Assembly: GCF_006345805.1 (NCBI RefSeq)
Contig: NC_043008.1
Coordinates: forward strand, 10,354,001 to 10,418,000
Reading direction: 5' to 3'
Length of the DNA stretch: 64,000 bases
Source: Octopus sinensis
Lineage: Eukaryota
The notes under the pieces are model-generated. The model ran no database searches. It was not told where the DNA came from and saw only the letters and a program-made list of their open reading frames with translations. A program made the translations under genes and the position numbers. Below are positions 12,002-22,928 of the stretch, piece after piece. Position 1 is the first letter of the stretch. Every line of letters starts with the position of its first letter.

Positions 12002-12028
<27 letters not shown>
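11549..12028 (+). mobile_element. Retroposon family D with internal ~58-bp repeats and (GAT)n tail
   Basis: Repeated GTGCCGGTGGCACGTAAAAAGCACC motif and GCATGGAAAGCAGACATTAAATGATGATG tail. Shorter copies at 13385-13572, 15095-15306, 44770-44948 (+) and 26110-26380 (-). Confidence 0.8.
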
Positions 12029-12032
<4 letters not shown>

Positions 12033-12423
12033 GAGAGTGACCAATGAAGGGACCATCCTCTGATGTCAGAGGTGATCAGAACTAGGAGACTGTTTTGCTG
12101 GGCACTGCTACCAGGTCAGGAGACTCCATTTTGCTGGGCACTGCTACCAGGCCAGGAGCAAAGGCATCAGGGATGTGTTACAATGGGAACCAATGCATAG
12201 AACAGGAGCAGAGGTTGATCAGTTGCAACATATGTTGACAGACTAGTGATTGACAGAGGCCGGTCAGTTTTCTGAGTTGAAAGTCAGTAATGGCAGAGAG
12301 AGACTATTGGAGGAATGTTTGTGAAGAATGAGGAAACTTGATCTTAGAACAATTATGAAACCATAAATTTGTCATAAATACACTGTTATGAGAGTATCGT
12401 TTCTCAATTTTATCTTCTCTCAG

Positions 12424-12525
12424 ATCAACTGGTAGTTGTTTATGTTTTAGCTAAGAGAAGCTATACCGGATGTAAAACTCATATTTCTGAGTATGATGTT
12501 TTTGTTACTGCAATCGGTGACCAGG
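12424..12525 (+). CDS. Gene 1 exon (phase 1 to 1): DQLVVVYVLAKRSYTGCKTHISEYDVFVTAIGDQ
   Basis: Strong TTTTATCTTCTCTCAG acceptor, open frame, G|GTGATG donor, non-repetitive sequence. Confidence 0.6.
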
Positions 12526-12657
12526 GTGATGCATCTCTGCAATGGTTTTGTTGTCATTCACTTATTGCAAATATCTGACAAGCAGATGAAAGTTTAACAT
12601 TCCTTTCATCTTTCTTCAAGAATTTTTCATTTAGATAATTAAAAATGTTTCTTAAAG

Positions 12658-12700
12658 GTAACACTGCCATTAAACAAGACATACATCAAGCATGGGGTAT
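12658..12700 (+). CDS. Gene 1 exon (phase 1 to 2): GNTAIKQDIHQAWG
   Basis: TTTCTTAAAG acceptor, AT|GTAAGC donor (alternative G|GTATGT at 12696). Phases match both neighbours. Confidence 0.55.
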
Positions 12701-12989
12701 GTAAGCTGAGCAAAGAGGTACAATGAGAGAATGTGACCTCCCTGACATAATTGCTGACATACCATAAGTGATTTCTCATAAGTTTGTGCTAACAGTCTCT
12801 CATAATTTGGCCTATTTTCAATATTTTATTGTTAGTAACAAAAATTGTTCCAAACAGGATTGTGTTCATCTGACTCCCTATTTTATGGTGCTTGGGCTTC
12901 TAACTGTAATGCGGCCACATTAGATGCAGGGCAATCTTTTTTTTATGTTTGTATGGGTGCACCCATACCAATGTCACATAATCACACCT

Positions 12990-13382
12990 CTGCTGGTACT
13001 GCTGTTGCTGCTGTTGAGCGAACGGTCTTCGTCCCAGAGCTCGCAAGATGGGAGAAGTCTGAAACGTGGTCCGTTGCTATTCGTAAGACCCGCAGAAGAG
13101 AAAGCAGGCCAACCCCCGACACCGAGAGCATCGATGGATGGATGAATGCGCATCCAGGCTCAGCGGTTGCGTAGGAAGTTGGGGACAAGAAACAGGAAGA
13201 AAGAGTGAGAGAAAGTTGGAGCGAAAGAGTACAACAGGGGTCGCCACCACCCCCTGCCGGAGCCCTGTGGAGCTTTAGGTGTTTTTTCCCAACCAACACT
13301 CACAACGCCCGGTCTGGGAATCAAAACCGTGATCCTCCAACCGCGAGTCCGCTGCCCTAACCATTGGGCCATTGTGCCTCCA
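12990..13382 (-). mobile_element. tRNA-derived SINE family G
   Basis: Head is the reverse complement of 14003-14160. (CAG/CAA)n tail. Confidence 0.75.
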
Positions 13383-14002
13383 CGCTGGTGCTGCATAAAA
13401 GCACCGAGTACACTCTGTAAAGTGGTTAGTGTTAGGAAAGGCAGCCAGCTGTAGAAACCAAACCAAGCCAAGTCAAGCCAGACATGAACCCTGGTCAGCT
13501 CTCCAGCTTGGCAGCTCCTCCTGTCAAACCGTCCAACCCATGTCAGCATGGAAAATGGATGATGATGATGATGTTCAAAAAAAAAATGTGCATCTTATAT
13601 TCTGGCAAATATGGTGTTTCATTATAACAATATGATGACTAATAGCAATAACTACCCTCAATAACAATAGTAATGACAATAAAAACGATGTGTGTGATAA
13701 CATCAACAACAACAGCAACAACATGTTATCAGTGTTCTGGATTGTTAACTTCATCATTTATGCTTTTTTTTCTGCTCTAAATTGCGATTGATCTATTTAT
13801 CAATTGAAAGCATGGATTATGGTTGACTTGATAAGATGAGAGATAACCAACCAAGAAATTGGAGATTCACATCTTGTAGGCACTGAATTATTGAACTGAG
13901 AGATACTCAAGGACAGGTTTTGGGTTTGGACTAAATACCTCTTAAATCGCATCCTATCATCTTAAAGAAAAAATGGAAAAATTCGTTGAGTAATATAGTC
14001 CT

Positions 14003-14282
14003 GGAGGTGCAATGGCCAAGTGCTTAGGGCAGCAGACTCGCAGTCGTAGGATCACGGTTTACAATTCTCAGACCGGGCGTTGTGAGTGTTTGTTGAGCGA
14101 AAACATCTAAAGCTCCACGAGGCTCCGGCAGGGGGTGGTGGCGATCCCTGCTGTACTCTTTCTTCTGTTGGCCTGCTCGCTTAGCCAGCGGGGTGGTGTC
14201 ATTTGAAGGCTAAAACAATGCGAAGCGCATTGTGACCAGCGATGTGTAGCAACATCTGATAGCCTGGTCGGTCATGATGATG
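14003..14282 (+). mobile_element. tRNA-derived SINE family G
   Basis: TGGCCAAGTG A-box-like head, (TGA)n tail, 11-bp TSD AATATAGTCCT (13992-14002 and 14283-14293). Confidence 0.85.
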
Positions 14283-16017
14283 AATATAGTCCTAAATACT
14301 CAATATCTTGAGTAATAAATAGGATGGTCCTGACTAGACTGCTTTTGTCTATAACCCTGCTTGATCAGGGTTGTAATGAAATTAAACAACAACAGCATCA
14401 ATTAACTGTTTTAGTTCTGCGATGGTGATAAGTGTATTCTGCACACCTGCAGTAATGAAATATTACCACTTCCATAGCTTCAGGTACACAAAAGGTGTGG
14501 AGTATAGTCAGGAAACGTCACTGTTGTCTGCACCACAGCTCCATGTGACTGCATCTTTTGTTAATTAGTCATGGTCTTCATTGATTAGCGATAGCTGAAA
14601 CCATTTCAGACCACGGATATCAGACCTTTTAATGTTTGCTGTGGAGGCATCAAACATTTGTAGCAATAAAACACTCCCACTTCCTTATATTTAAACACGT
14701 GGACAGTGTAGTACAGGTGATTCTTTGGTCCCCTACATAGATGAATTCCCTGTTGAAGTAATTGTCTTCATTAGTCACACGTGGACAAATATGAAAAACT
14801 TTAGGTATTTTCTCTTTCTTTCTTCCTTTCTTTCTTTCTTTCTCTCTCTCTTTCTTTTTTTATTTTCTTTATTTATTTATTGCCAGTTACTGGGCCATGC
14901 TCAAATTTGACAGAGAAGCTATCACATTTTATCTATTTCAGAAGGATGAAAGACCAAGCTGATCTGGGTTATATATGTATAAGCATCTGTCTGTCTGTCT
15001 GTCTGTCTTTCTTTCTTTCTTTCGTTCTTTCTCTCTCTCTCTCTCTCTCTCTCTCCCTCTCTCTCGCTATATATATATAAATATATATATATATAGCCAT
15101 TGCCAGCCTCACCTGGCACGTAAAAAGCACTCACTACACTCACGGACTGGTTGGCGTTAGGAAGGGCATCCAGCTGTAGAAACATTGCCAGATAAGACTG
15201 GAGCCTGGTGCAGCCTCCTGGCTTCCCAGACCCCAGTCGAACCATCCACCCAAAGCCAGCATGGAAAACGGACGTTAAACAATGAGGATGATGATGATGA
15301 TGATGATATATATATATATATAAAAGCATCTATCTATCTATCTATTTCTCTCTCTCTCTCTCTATACACACACATATATATATATATATATAAACATCTG
15401 TCTATCTATCCATTATATTATATTATGTACATAAGATCTATCTCTCTATTTATATATAAAACATGAGAAACCTCATGGAAACAATGAATACAATCCTGTG
15501 GCTATTATTTACTAAATATGTTGCTGCAGTTCATATTTGCAAATAGCTTTTCTGGTTAATTATTATAAAAGAACAAACACTGGGGAAAAAAAACACAGGC
15601 AACTGTAAAAGGGACTGTAATCCATCGAAACAAAAGAGGATCCTAACTAAACTGCTTTCATTTGGATAGTATCCGACATTTTTAATGACAATGCAACTAC
15701 ATTATCACAAATGTAAGATAATTATTTGATAAGAAGTATGAAAAAGAGTTTGTTATTGTTGTGACTGAGAAATTTGTATAGTATAGTTGTAGTTGTTTAG
15801 CTTCTGATTGATCAAGTAGACTTATCATTCCAAATGTGATCATCTTGCCTTTTTGAGGATTATACAGAATATTGATTTCAAATTTTGGCACAAGGCCAGC
15901 AAGTTCAGGGCAGGGGATAAGTCGATTACATTGACACCAATATTTAACTGGTTCTTATTTTATCGACCCCAAAAAGGATGGAAAGAAAAGTTGACCGTGT
16001 TGGAATTTGAACTTAGA

Positions 16018-16497
16018 ATCGAAATCGAAATCAAATTCAATAACTGGCATCTGTGCTAGTGGAGCGCTAAGAGCACCACCCGAGTGTGATCGTTGCCAGA
16101 GCAACAAGCTGGCCTCCGAGCCGATGGCACATTAAAAAAACCATTTGAGCGTAATCGTTACCTGCATCGCCTTACTAGCACTTGTGCTGGTGGCACGTGA
16201 GAAAACATTTGAGTGAGGCCGTTACCAGTGCCACTGAACTGGCTCCTGTGCAGGTGGCACATAAAAAGCACCATTTGAGCATGGCTGTTGCCAGTACTGC
16301 CTGACTGGCCCTCATGCTGGTGGCACATAAAAGCACCTACTACACTCTCGGAGTGGTTGGCATTAGGAAAGGCATCCAGCTGTAGAAACTCTGCCAAATC
16401 AGATTGGAGTCTGGTGCAGCCATCTGGTTCGCCAGACCTCAGTCAAATCGTCTAACCCATGCTAGAATGGAAAGCGGATGTTAAACGATGATGATGA
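16018..16497 (+). mobile_element. Retroposon family D
   Basis: Collinear with 11549-12028. Preceded by an A-type SINE fragment on - (about 15880-16018). Confidence 0.8.
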
Positions 16498-17032
16498 ATG
16501 TGAAGATGGTTGAAATGCCGCTAAGTATATTGCACGGCATGCTAACAATTCTGCCAGCTCACTGATGATACAGATTATTATCTATCTGATGTGTCCTATC
16601 TGAGACAAGGCAATAAGGTATAATCTAGGGGAGATTTATCATATTTCCAGTCGATCGACCAACCAGGAAGCAGCAACCTGTATGTAACGCTGGCAAAGGT
16701 GGTAATGAGGCAAAAAGGATAAAAATCAACTAAATGCCTCACAATATTTACTTTTAACTTTCTATGTCAGGCATGGAGAAGCTTTTTAAGAAGAATAGTG
16801 CATGAGACATAGCTCATCATCAGGTGGGTAGTATTACTAAGAAAAATTCAAGGTAATTTTTTGTTAAGTGTGTCATTCAGACTGTCCTGCAGGCCATAGT
16901 TGGCCTATGATGAATTCAAAGTCTACTGATGTCAGCTTACCTGGTGTCCCCCTGAGAAGAGATAATGGGAATGGTCCAAGCCAGAGTGAATACTTATTGC
17001 AGTGTATCACAACTTGTGGCATCTTTTAACTG

Positions 17033-17290
17033 CTCATCATCATCATCATTGTTCGACTGTGGTCGAGACAATGGAATTTACCATGCTACGCCAGACTTCA
17101 CAGTTCCATCATGGCATTGCAGAGGTCCTGTTGCTGGATGCCTGTATCCCTGGAGATTACATCAGGGTAGGAGAGTGTGCGCCCTCTGGTATTGCGAGTA
17201 GATGGCTTCCAGAGGAGAAGAGTAGAAATTACCTCTTTTTCAGCTCTACAACAATGTCCAACAAACTGGACTCTCCTACCTTTCACAAGA
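17033..17290 (-). mobile_element. RTE-clade LINE 3' end
   Basis: LLLWKPSTRNTRGRTLSYPDVISRDTG...AMM C-terminus and (TGA)n tail. Confidence 0.75.
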
Positions 17291-17627
17291 GATCACACAG
17301 GTGGTAGTTTCCCATATATTTGCATTTTGGTTGGATGGCTCAGTAGAGTTAACTATTTCTTTATTATCGGCATAAAGCCTTAAGTATAGAGGGGACACTA
17401 CAAGGACGGACAACACAATCGTGGGGCACATATAATGATTAACGAATGATTTATGAGATGTGAAAAAAATAATGACAATGAAAATGGCTTTCTACCCCAA
17501 CAAAGTAGAAAGTTGCTTTTTACTGCTTTTACTGTTCAGTGGAGTTAGCTGTTGAGAGATAACTATCTTGGCCATGGAGTTAAAGATGTTTGAGCCAAGT
17601 TATGTGTAACATACACAATAATGTAAT

Positions 17628-18028
17628 ACTCTTTTACTCTTTTACTTGGTTCAGTTATTTGACTGTGGCCAAGCTGGAGCACCGCCTTTAGTCGAAGAAA
17701 TCGACTCAAGGACTTATTCTTTGTAAGCCTAGTACTTATTCTATCGGTCTCTTTTGCTGAACTGCTAAGTTACGGGGACGTAAACACACCAGCATCTGTT
17801 GTCAAGCGATGTTGGGGGGACAAACACAGAAACACAAACACACACACACACACACACACATATATAAATATACGACGGGCTTCTTTCAGTTTCTGTCTAC
17901 CAAATTCACTTAGAAGGCTTTGGTCGACCCGAGGCTATAACAGAAGACACTTGCCCAAGGTGCCATGTAGTGGAACTGAACCCAGAACCATGTGGTTGGT
18001 AAGCAAGCTACTTACCACACAGCCACTC
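17628..18028 (-). mobile_element. SINE family B, near full length
   Basis: GAGTGGCTGTGTGGTAAGTAGC head, CACCTTGGGCAAGTGTC core-like motif, internal (TG)n, AAAAGAGT tail. Confidence 0.85.
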
Positions 18029-18991
18029 ATGATAAAGTTTATTGCAGTGTATTGTGTACAGTATACTGCTATACTTGCACTTAGTTCAAATATTTTTCTT
18101 GCTTCAAAAATATGCAATATACACATTGACCTGGGGCTATAAAAATTATACCACAAATGTCTGGTAGTAATAAATTCATGGAGGCAAATTGTTAAGAGCT
18201 ACAGAAGATCAAGTATCTTAGGTTTGTTTGACCAACAATAGATATTTCTCTGGTTTCACTATGGCCATATCTAAGGCTGCTGTCGATCACGGTTGATAAG
18301 ATTCAAGAAAAATAAAATGTAAGTAAATGAAGTCTATCTTGTTGTTTAATCAACAGGAATATCTATTTATTGAGTTTACTTGTTCTTTTAAACAGACTGG
18401 TCCTTCAAACTTGTAAGATCAACGTAGTTAATGTTCTTATTGACTCTTCATTAAGGAAAAATTATCCGATAATTGTCAAAGATATAATAGATCAAAATAT
18501 GTAAAAATGTACACGTCAATATAAACTTGAAATATGAGGTTAACGCATATGAAAATTGGACCTTATTGACTACAACTCATCTCTGGCCAAGCAATTTAAT
18601 TACATAATTGTATACAATGGTATATGTTTATTTTATAAGCGTGTAACTGTTTCATCTAAAATTGAAGTTGTCGATGTTGTTCAGCCAATAGATCAACCTT
18701 AATCTAGCAGAGACATTAGTTTCCCCTCTCATTTGTGAAACTTTGTATAGAAGCACATCATATGGTTATGCCTTCTTTTTTTTTAAGATAGTAGGACAAG
18801 TCAAGGTAGATTTGGGTGCTATTGTGCAGACTCCTCATGGGTTGTTTTGTGGCTGGCAACTTTTGTTGTTTTATAGTTTTAGATGAGGAGCCCTTATTGA
18901 CAGTTGTATCAAAGTGTATCTAGGACTATATTATACTGTTGTGTCTTTTTAAGGTGGTAGGGTGTGATTTGAAGGAAACTATTTCCTATTA

Positions 18992-20275
18992 TTAGGTTGT
19001 CAAGAAAGTTCTTGCGGAATTTTAAATTTTGGTTTTAAATGATGTATTTTCAAATCAATTTTTGTTAAATTACTTTGACTTTATATATCATTTTAAAGCC
19101 TGTTTTTGCTCTATCTAATCATGTTACTCTTTTTCTTTTTGAATAATTAGACCATTTTTTTTCCGGAATGTTGAATACAACATGGACAAAAAGCAAATTC
19201 ACACAATTTTCTTATTTCAGTTCAAGCTAGGCCGAAAAGCTGCTGAAACAGCTTTGATATAAACGATGCATTTGGCCCAGGAACCACTAATGAATGTACA
19301 GCACAATGGTGGTTCAAGAAATTTTGTAGTGGTGATGAGAGTTCTGAAGATGATAAGCACAGTGGTCGGCCATTGGATGTTGACAACAATCAACTAAGAG
19401 CCTTAGTCGAAGCCAATCCATGCACAACTGTTCGAGAGCTTGCTTCTGAATTAGACATAATGTAAACGACAATTTCCAACCAATTGAAAGAGATTGGGAA
19501 AATAAAAATACTTGAGAAATGGGTGCCGCACGAATTGAATGACAACCAAAAAAAAAACGCAGTTCTGAAGTGTCGTCTTCCCTTCTTTTATGAACAAGAA
19601 TGACCTGTTTTTCGACTGGATTGTGACTTTTGATGAAAAGTGGATTCTTTACGACAACCGGTGATGCTCAGCTCAGCGGTTGGATGCCAATGAAGCTCCA
19701 CAGTACTTCCCGAAGCCAAAGTTGTACCAAAAGAAGGTCATGGTGACTGTTTGGTGGTCTGCGGCTGGTCTCATCCATCACAACTTTTTGGATCCAGGCG
19801 AAACCATTACGGTGGAGAAGTGCTGTCAGCAAATGGATGAAATGCATAAGAAACTCCGACAACAGCCAGCATTGGTCAATAGAAAAGGACCAATTCTTTT
19901 CCATGACAATGCTCAGCTGCATGTCACACAACTGACCTTGCAGAAGTTGAACGAATTGGGATACGGAACTCTGTCTCATCCACCATACTCACCAGACCTC
20001 TTGCCTACCAACTACCACTTTTTGAAGCATCTCAACAACTTCCTGCGTGAAAAATGCTTAAAAAACCAAGATGATACCAAACACGCCTTCAACAACTTCA
20101 TCACCACCAGAATGCAAGATCTTTATGCTACTGCTATAAATAAACTTGTTCTGCATTGGCAAAAGTGTGTTGATTCTGATGGTGTTTATTTCGATTAATA
20201 AAGTTTTGTTCGAGCCGAGATATATGCATCTGAATTTAAAGGTTAAAAACCACAAGAACTTTCTTGACAACCTAA
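18992..20275 (+). mobile_element. Full-length (1284 bp) Hsmar1-like (cecropia-type) mariner with pseudogenised transposase (19182-20198)
   Basis: TIR TTAGGTTGTCAAGAAAGTTCTTG(C/T)GG and TA TSD. Translates MDKKQIHTIFLFQFKLGRKAAETA, WVPHEL, VTFDEKWILYDN, FHDNA, YSPDLLPTNY. Frameshifts and stops present. Confidence 0.95.
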
Positions 20276-20725
20276 TACATGCAGATTGAACAACTGCTTA
20301 TGCGCTCTCTTGCAAGCTTATAGCTGTTTCTTTTGTAGCTGTTGTTGTTTAACCCCAGGTCAGCTCCAGCAAAGCAAAGCTATGATCATAAACCATACCA
20401 ACTGTGCTTATGGTGGTAGTCTATATACAGCAGCCAAATCTGTCTCTGATCGCATGTACAAATATTTTATAAAGGGAAGGATATATTGGTAATCTCTTCT
20501 GTGCTTATGGTGCTAGGCTGTGATTTGAGGGAGATTAGGCTGCTATTTCTAGCAATTCAAGCAACATTGTACCAACTCCCTTGTTGGGCCATGGCTGTGC
20601 TGCTGTTATTGTTAATGTTGTTTAGTCCCAGCCATAATTAAACAGATTTGTGTTTCCAAGGCATGTAAACTTGTAGAATCATTAGACTAGCAATCAAAAC
20701 GCTTTGTCATTATTGTTCACCTGCA

Positions 20726-20950
20726 AAGGCAGGTGAGCTGGCAGAATCGTTAGCATGCTGGGCTAAATGCTTATCAGCATTTCATCTGTCTTTACATTCT
20801 GAGTTCAAATTCTGCTGTGGTTGATTTTTGCCTTTCATCCTTTTGGGGTCGATAAATTAAGTACCAGTCAAATACTGGGATTGATGTGATTGACTATACC
20901 CCTCCCCCAAAATTTCAGGCCTTGTGCCTAGAGTAGAAAGGAAAGGATTA
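20726..20950 (+). mobile_element. SINE family A2 (same head, alternative tail)
   Basis: A-type head and core, then CCCCTCCCCCAAAATTTCAGGCCTTGTGCC tail. Also at 25170-25376 and about 63780-63920 (-). Confidence 0.7.
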
Positions 20951-21022
20951 TTCTTCACCTGCGACAAGACTAGTGCCAAGCTGTATTGAACCTTGTCTCT
21001 ACCCCCCACTTCCAAATAACAG

Positions 21023-21246
21023 TTTCTTTACTACCCACAAGGGGCTAAACACAGAGGGGACAAACAAGGACAGACAAAGGGATTAAGTCGAGTACATCGA
21101 CCCTAGTGCGCAACTGGTACTTTATTTATCGACCCCGAAAGGATGAAAGGCAAAGTTGACCTCGGCGGAATTTGAACTCAGAACGTAACGACAGATGAAA
21201 TACGGCTACGCATTTCGCCCGGCGTGCTAACGGTTCTGCCAGCTCG
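21023..21246 (-). mobile_element. SINE family A monomer
   Basis: Reverse complement of 26932-27162. Confidence 0.85.
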
Positions 21247-21653
21247 AACATTAATGGTATGGAGAGGAAGGGAGACTTACAGGATGGGCAACAACTGGTC
21301 TGTTATAAAAAACAGAAACTACCTTACTCAGGGTTGCACACAGATGAGGAACTTTCCAGCTGTAGACACACACCTAACCATGACCAACAGAGGCCTTAGC
21401 TATGGCAAGAATGTGATCAGAGAAATGTCTATTGTTGGTTAAACAAATCTAAGATACTTGATCTTCTTTAGCTCTCAACAATTTGTCTCAATGAATTTAT
21501 TACAACTCAGACATTTGTGGTGTAATTTTTATAGCCCCAGGTCAAGGCTGACCTAGAGCTAATAATAGGAAATAATTTGTAGACTTATGATCAGAAGCAT
21601 TCTGTCCATGACTATCCTGTCTTTTTTCCAGATAGAATATATCTAGGATTACA

Positions 21654-21905
21654 TCATCATCATTTAACGTCCGTTTTCCATGCTAGTATGGGTTGGACGG
21701 TTCAACCAGGGTCTGGGAAGCCAGGAGGCTGCACGAGGCTCTAGTCTGATCTGGCAGTGTTTCTACAGCTGGATGCCCTTCCTAACACCAACCACTCTAT
21801 GAGTGTAGTGGGTGTCTTTTACATACCACCGGTACAGGTGCCAGGGGAGGCTGGCAGCGGCCATGATTGGTTGGTGCTTTTTACGTGCCACCGGCACAGA
21901 AGCCA
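21654..21905 (-). mobile_element. Retroposon family D
   Basis: CATCATCATTTAACGTCCGTTTTCCATGC tail in reverse orientation. Confidence 0.75.
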
Positions 21906-22119
21906 ATTACCAATATATCCTTCCCTTTATAAAATAGCAGTACTTGTGATCAGGGACAGATTTGGCTGCTGTATATAGACTGTTCTCATTGATTCACCAC
22001 TCATTATGATGTTCTGATTGTTGTTTAGCTCCAGTCTGCCTTTGTTCAGCAGACAGATTGATTTTTTCTTTTTGTTTGCAGATGTAGTATACTTTGTTCT
22101 ATATCATTCAATTTGTCCT

Positions 22120-22571
22120 TGCAGCGGTATCTGATATCCTCACTGTTTGAGAGACACAATAAGAATGATCTCGTTTGAGATTACATCCATCTTTGGCTAG
22201 TTTGACACTGTTGTGTCCACTGATCTGATTGGTTGGCATCTAGCACAGTCTGTCTCTTGACTTATTTCGCACCAGAGTGAAAAGCAACCAATCACAGCCT
22301 TCAGATAAGGTTTGCTTCTTTGAGCCCACCACAGGCTTTATAAGGTGCTTGTTTTCACTATTCTCCGTCTTTCGGCTTTAGACCTTTTAAGGTCAAGTCA
22401 CTGACCACAGAGCTACTCAGCCATGTTCCAGTTCCAGCGACAGATGACAGCCAGCCAACCAATCAGATCAGTGGACACAAAAGGGTCAAACTAGCCAAAG
22501 ATGGATGTAATCTCAAACGAGAGCATTCTTATTGTGTCTCTCAAACAGTGAGGATATCAGATATCGCTACA
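22120..22571. mobile_element. Foldback MITE, Ginger-like
   Basis: 118-bp TIRs (22120-22237 and 22454-22571, ~5 mismatches), TG...CA ends (right end TGTAGCG in reverse), 4-bp TSD TCCT. Confidence 0.8.
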
Positions 22572-22696
22572 TCCTTTTAGCTTTTATGGTGGTAGGATGT
22601 GAATTAAGAGAGATTTGGCTGGTCTATCTGGCAGGTATTGTGACCACAAAGGAACCTTACACCACCTCCACCATCACTCTTTCTTGTCCCTATATT

Positions 22697-22928
22697 TGTT
22701 TCTTTATTGCCCACAGGACACTAAACACAGAGGGGACAAACAAGGACAGACAAACGGGTTAAGTCGATTATATCGACCCCAGTGCGTAACTGGTACTTAA
22801 TTCATCAACCCCGAAAGGATGAAAGGCAAAGTCGACCTCGGCGGAATTTGAACACAGAACATAACGACAGACGAAATACAGCTATGCATTTCGCCCGGCG
22901 TGCTAACGTTTCTGCCAGCTCACCGCCT
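22697..22928 (-). mobile_element. SINE family A monomer
   Basis: 13-bp TSD TTGTCCCTATATT (22684-22696 and 22929-22941). Confidence 0.88.
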
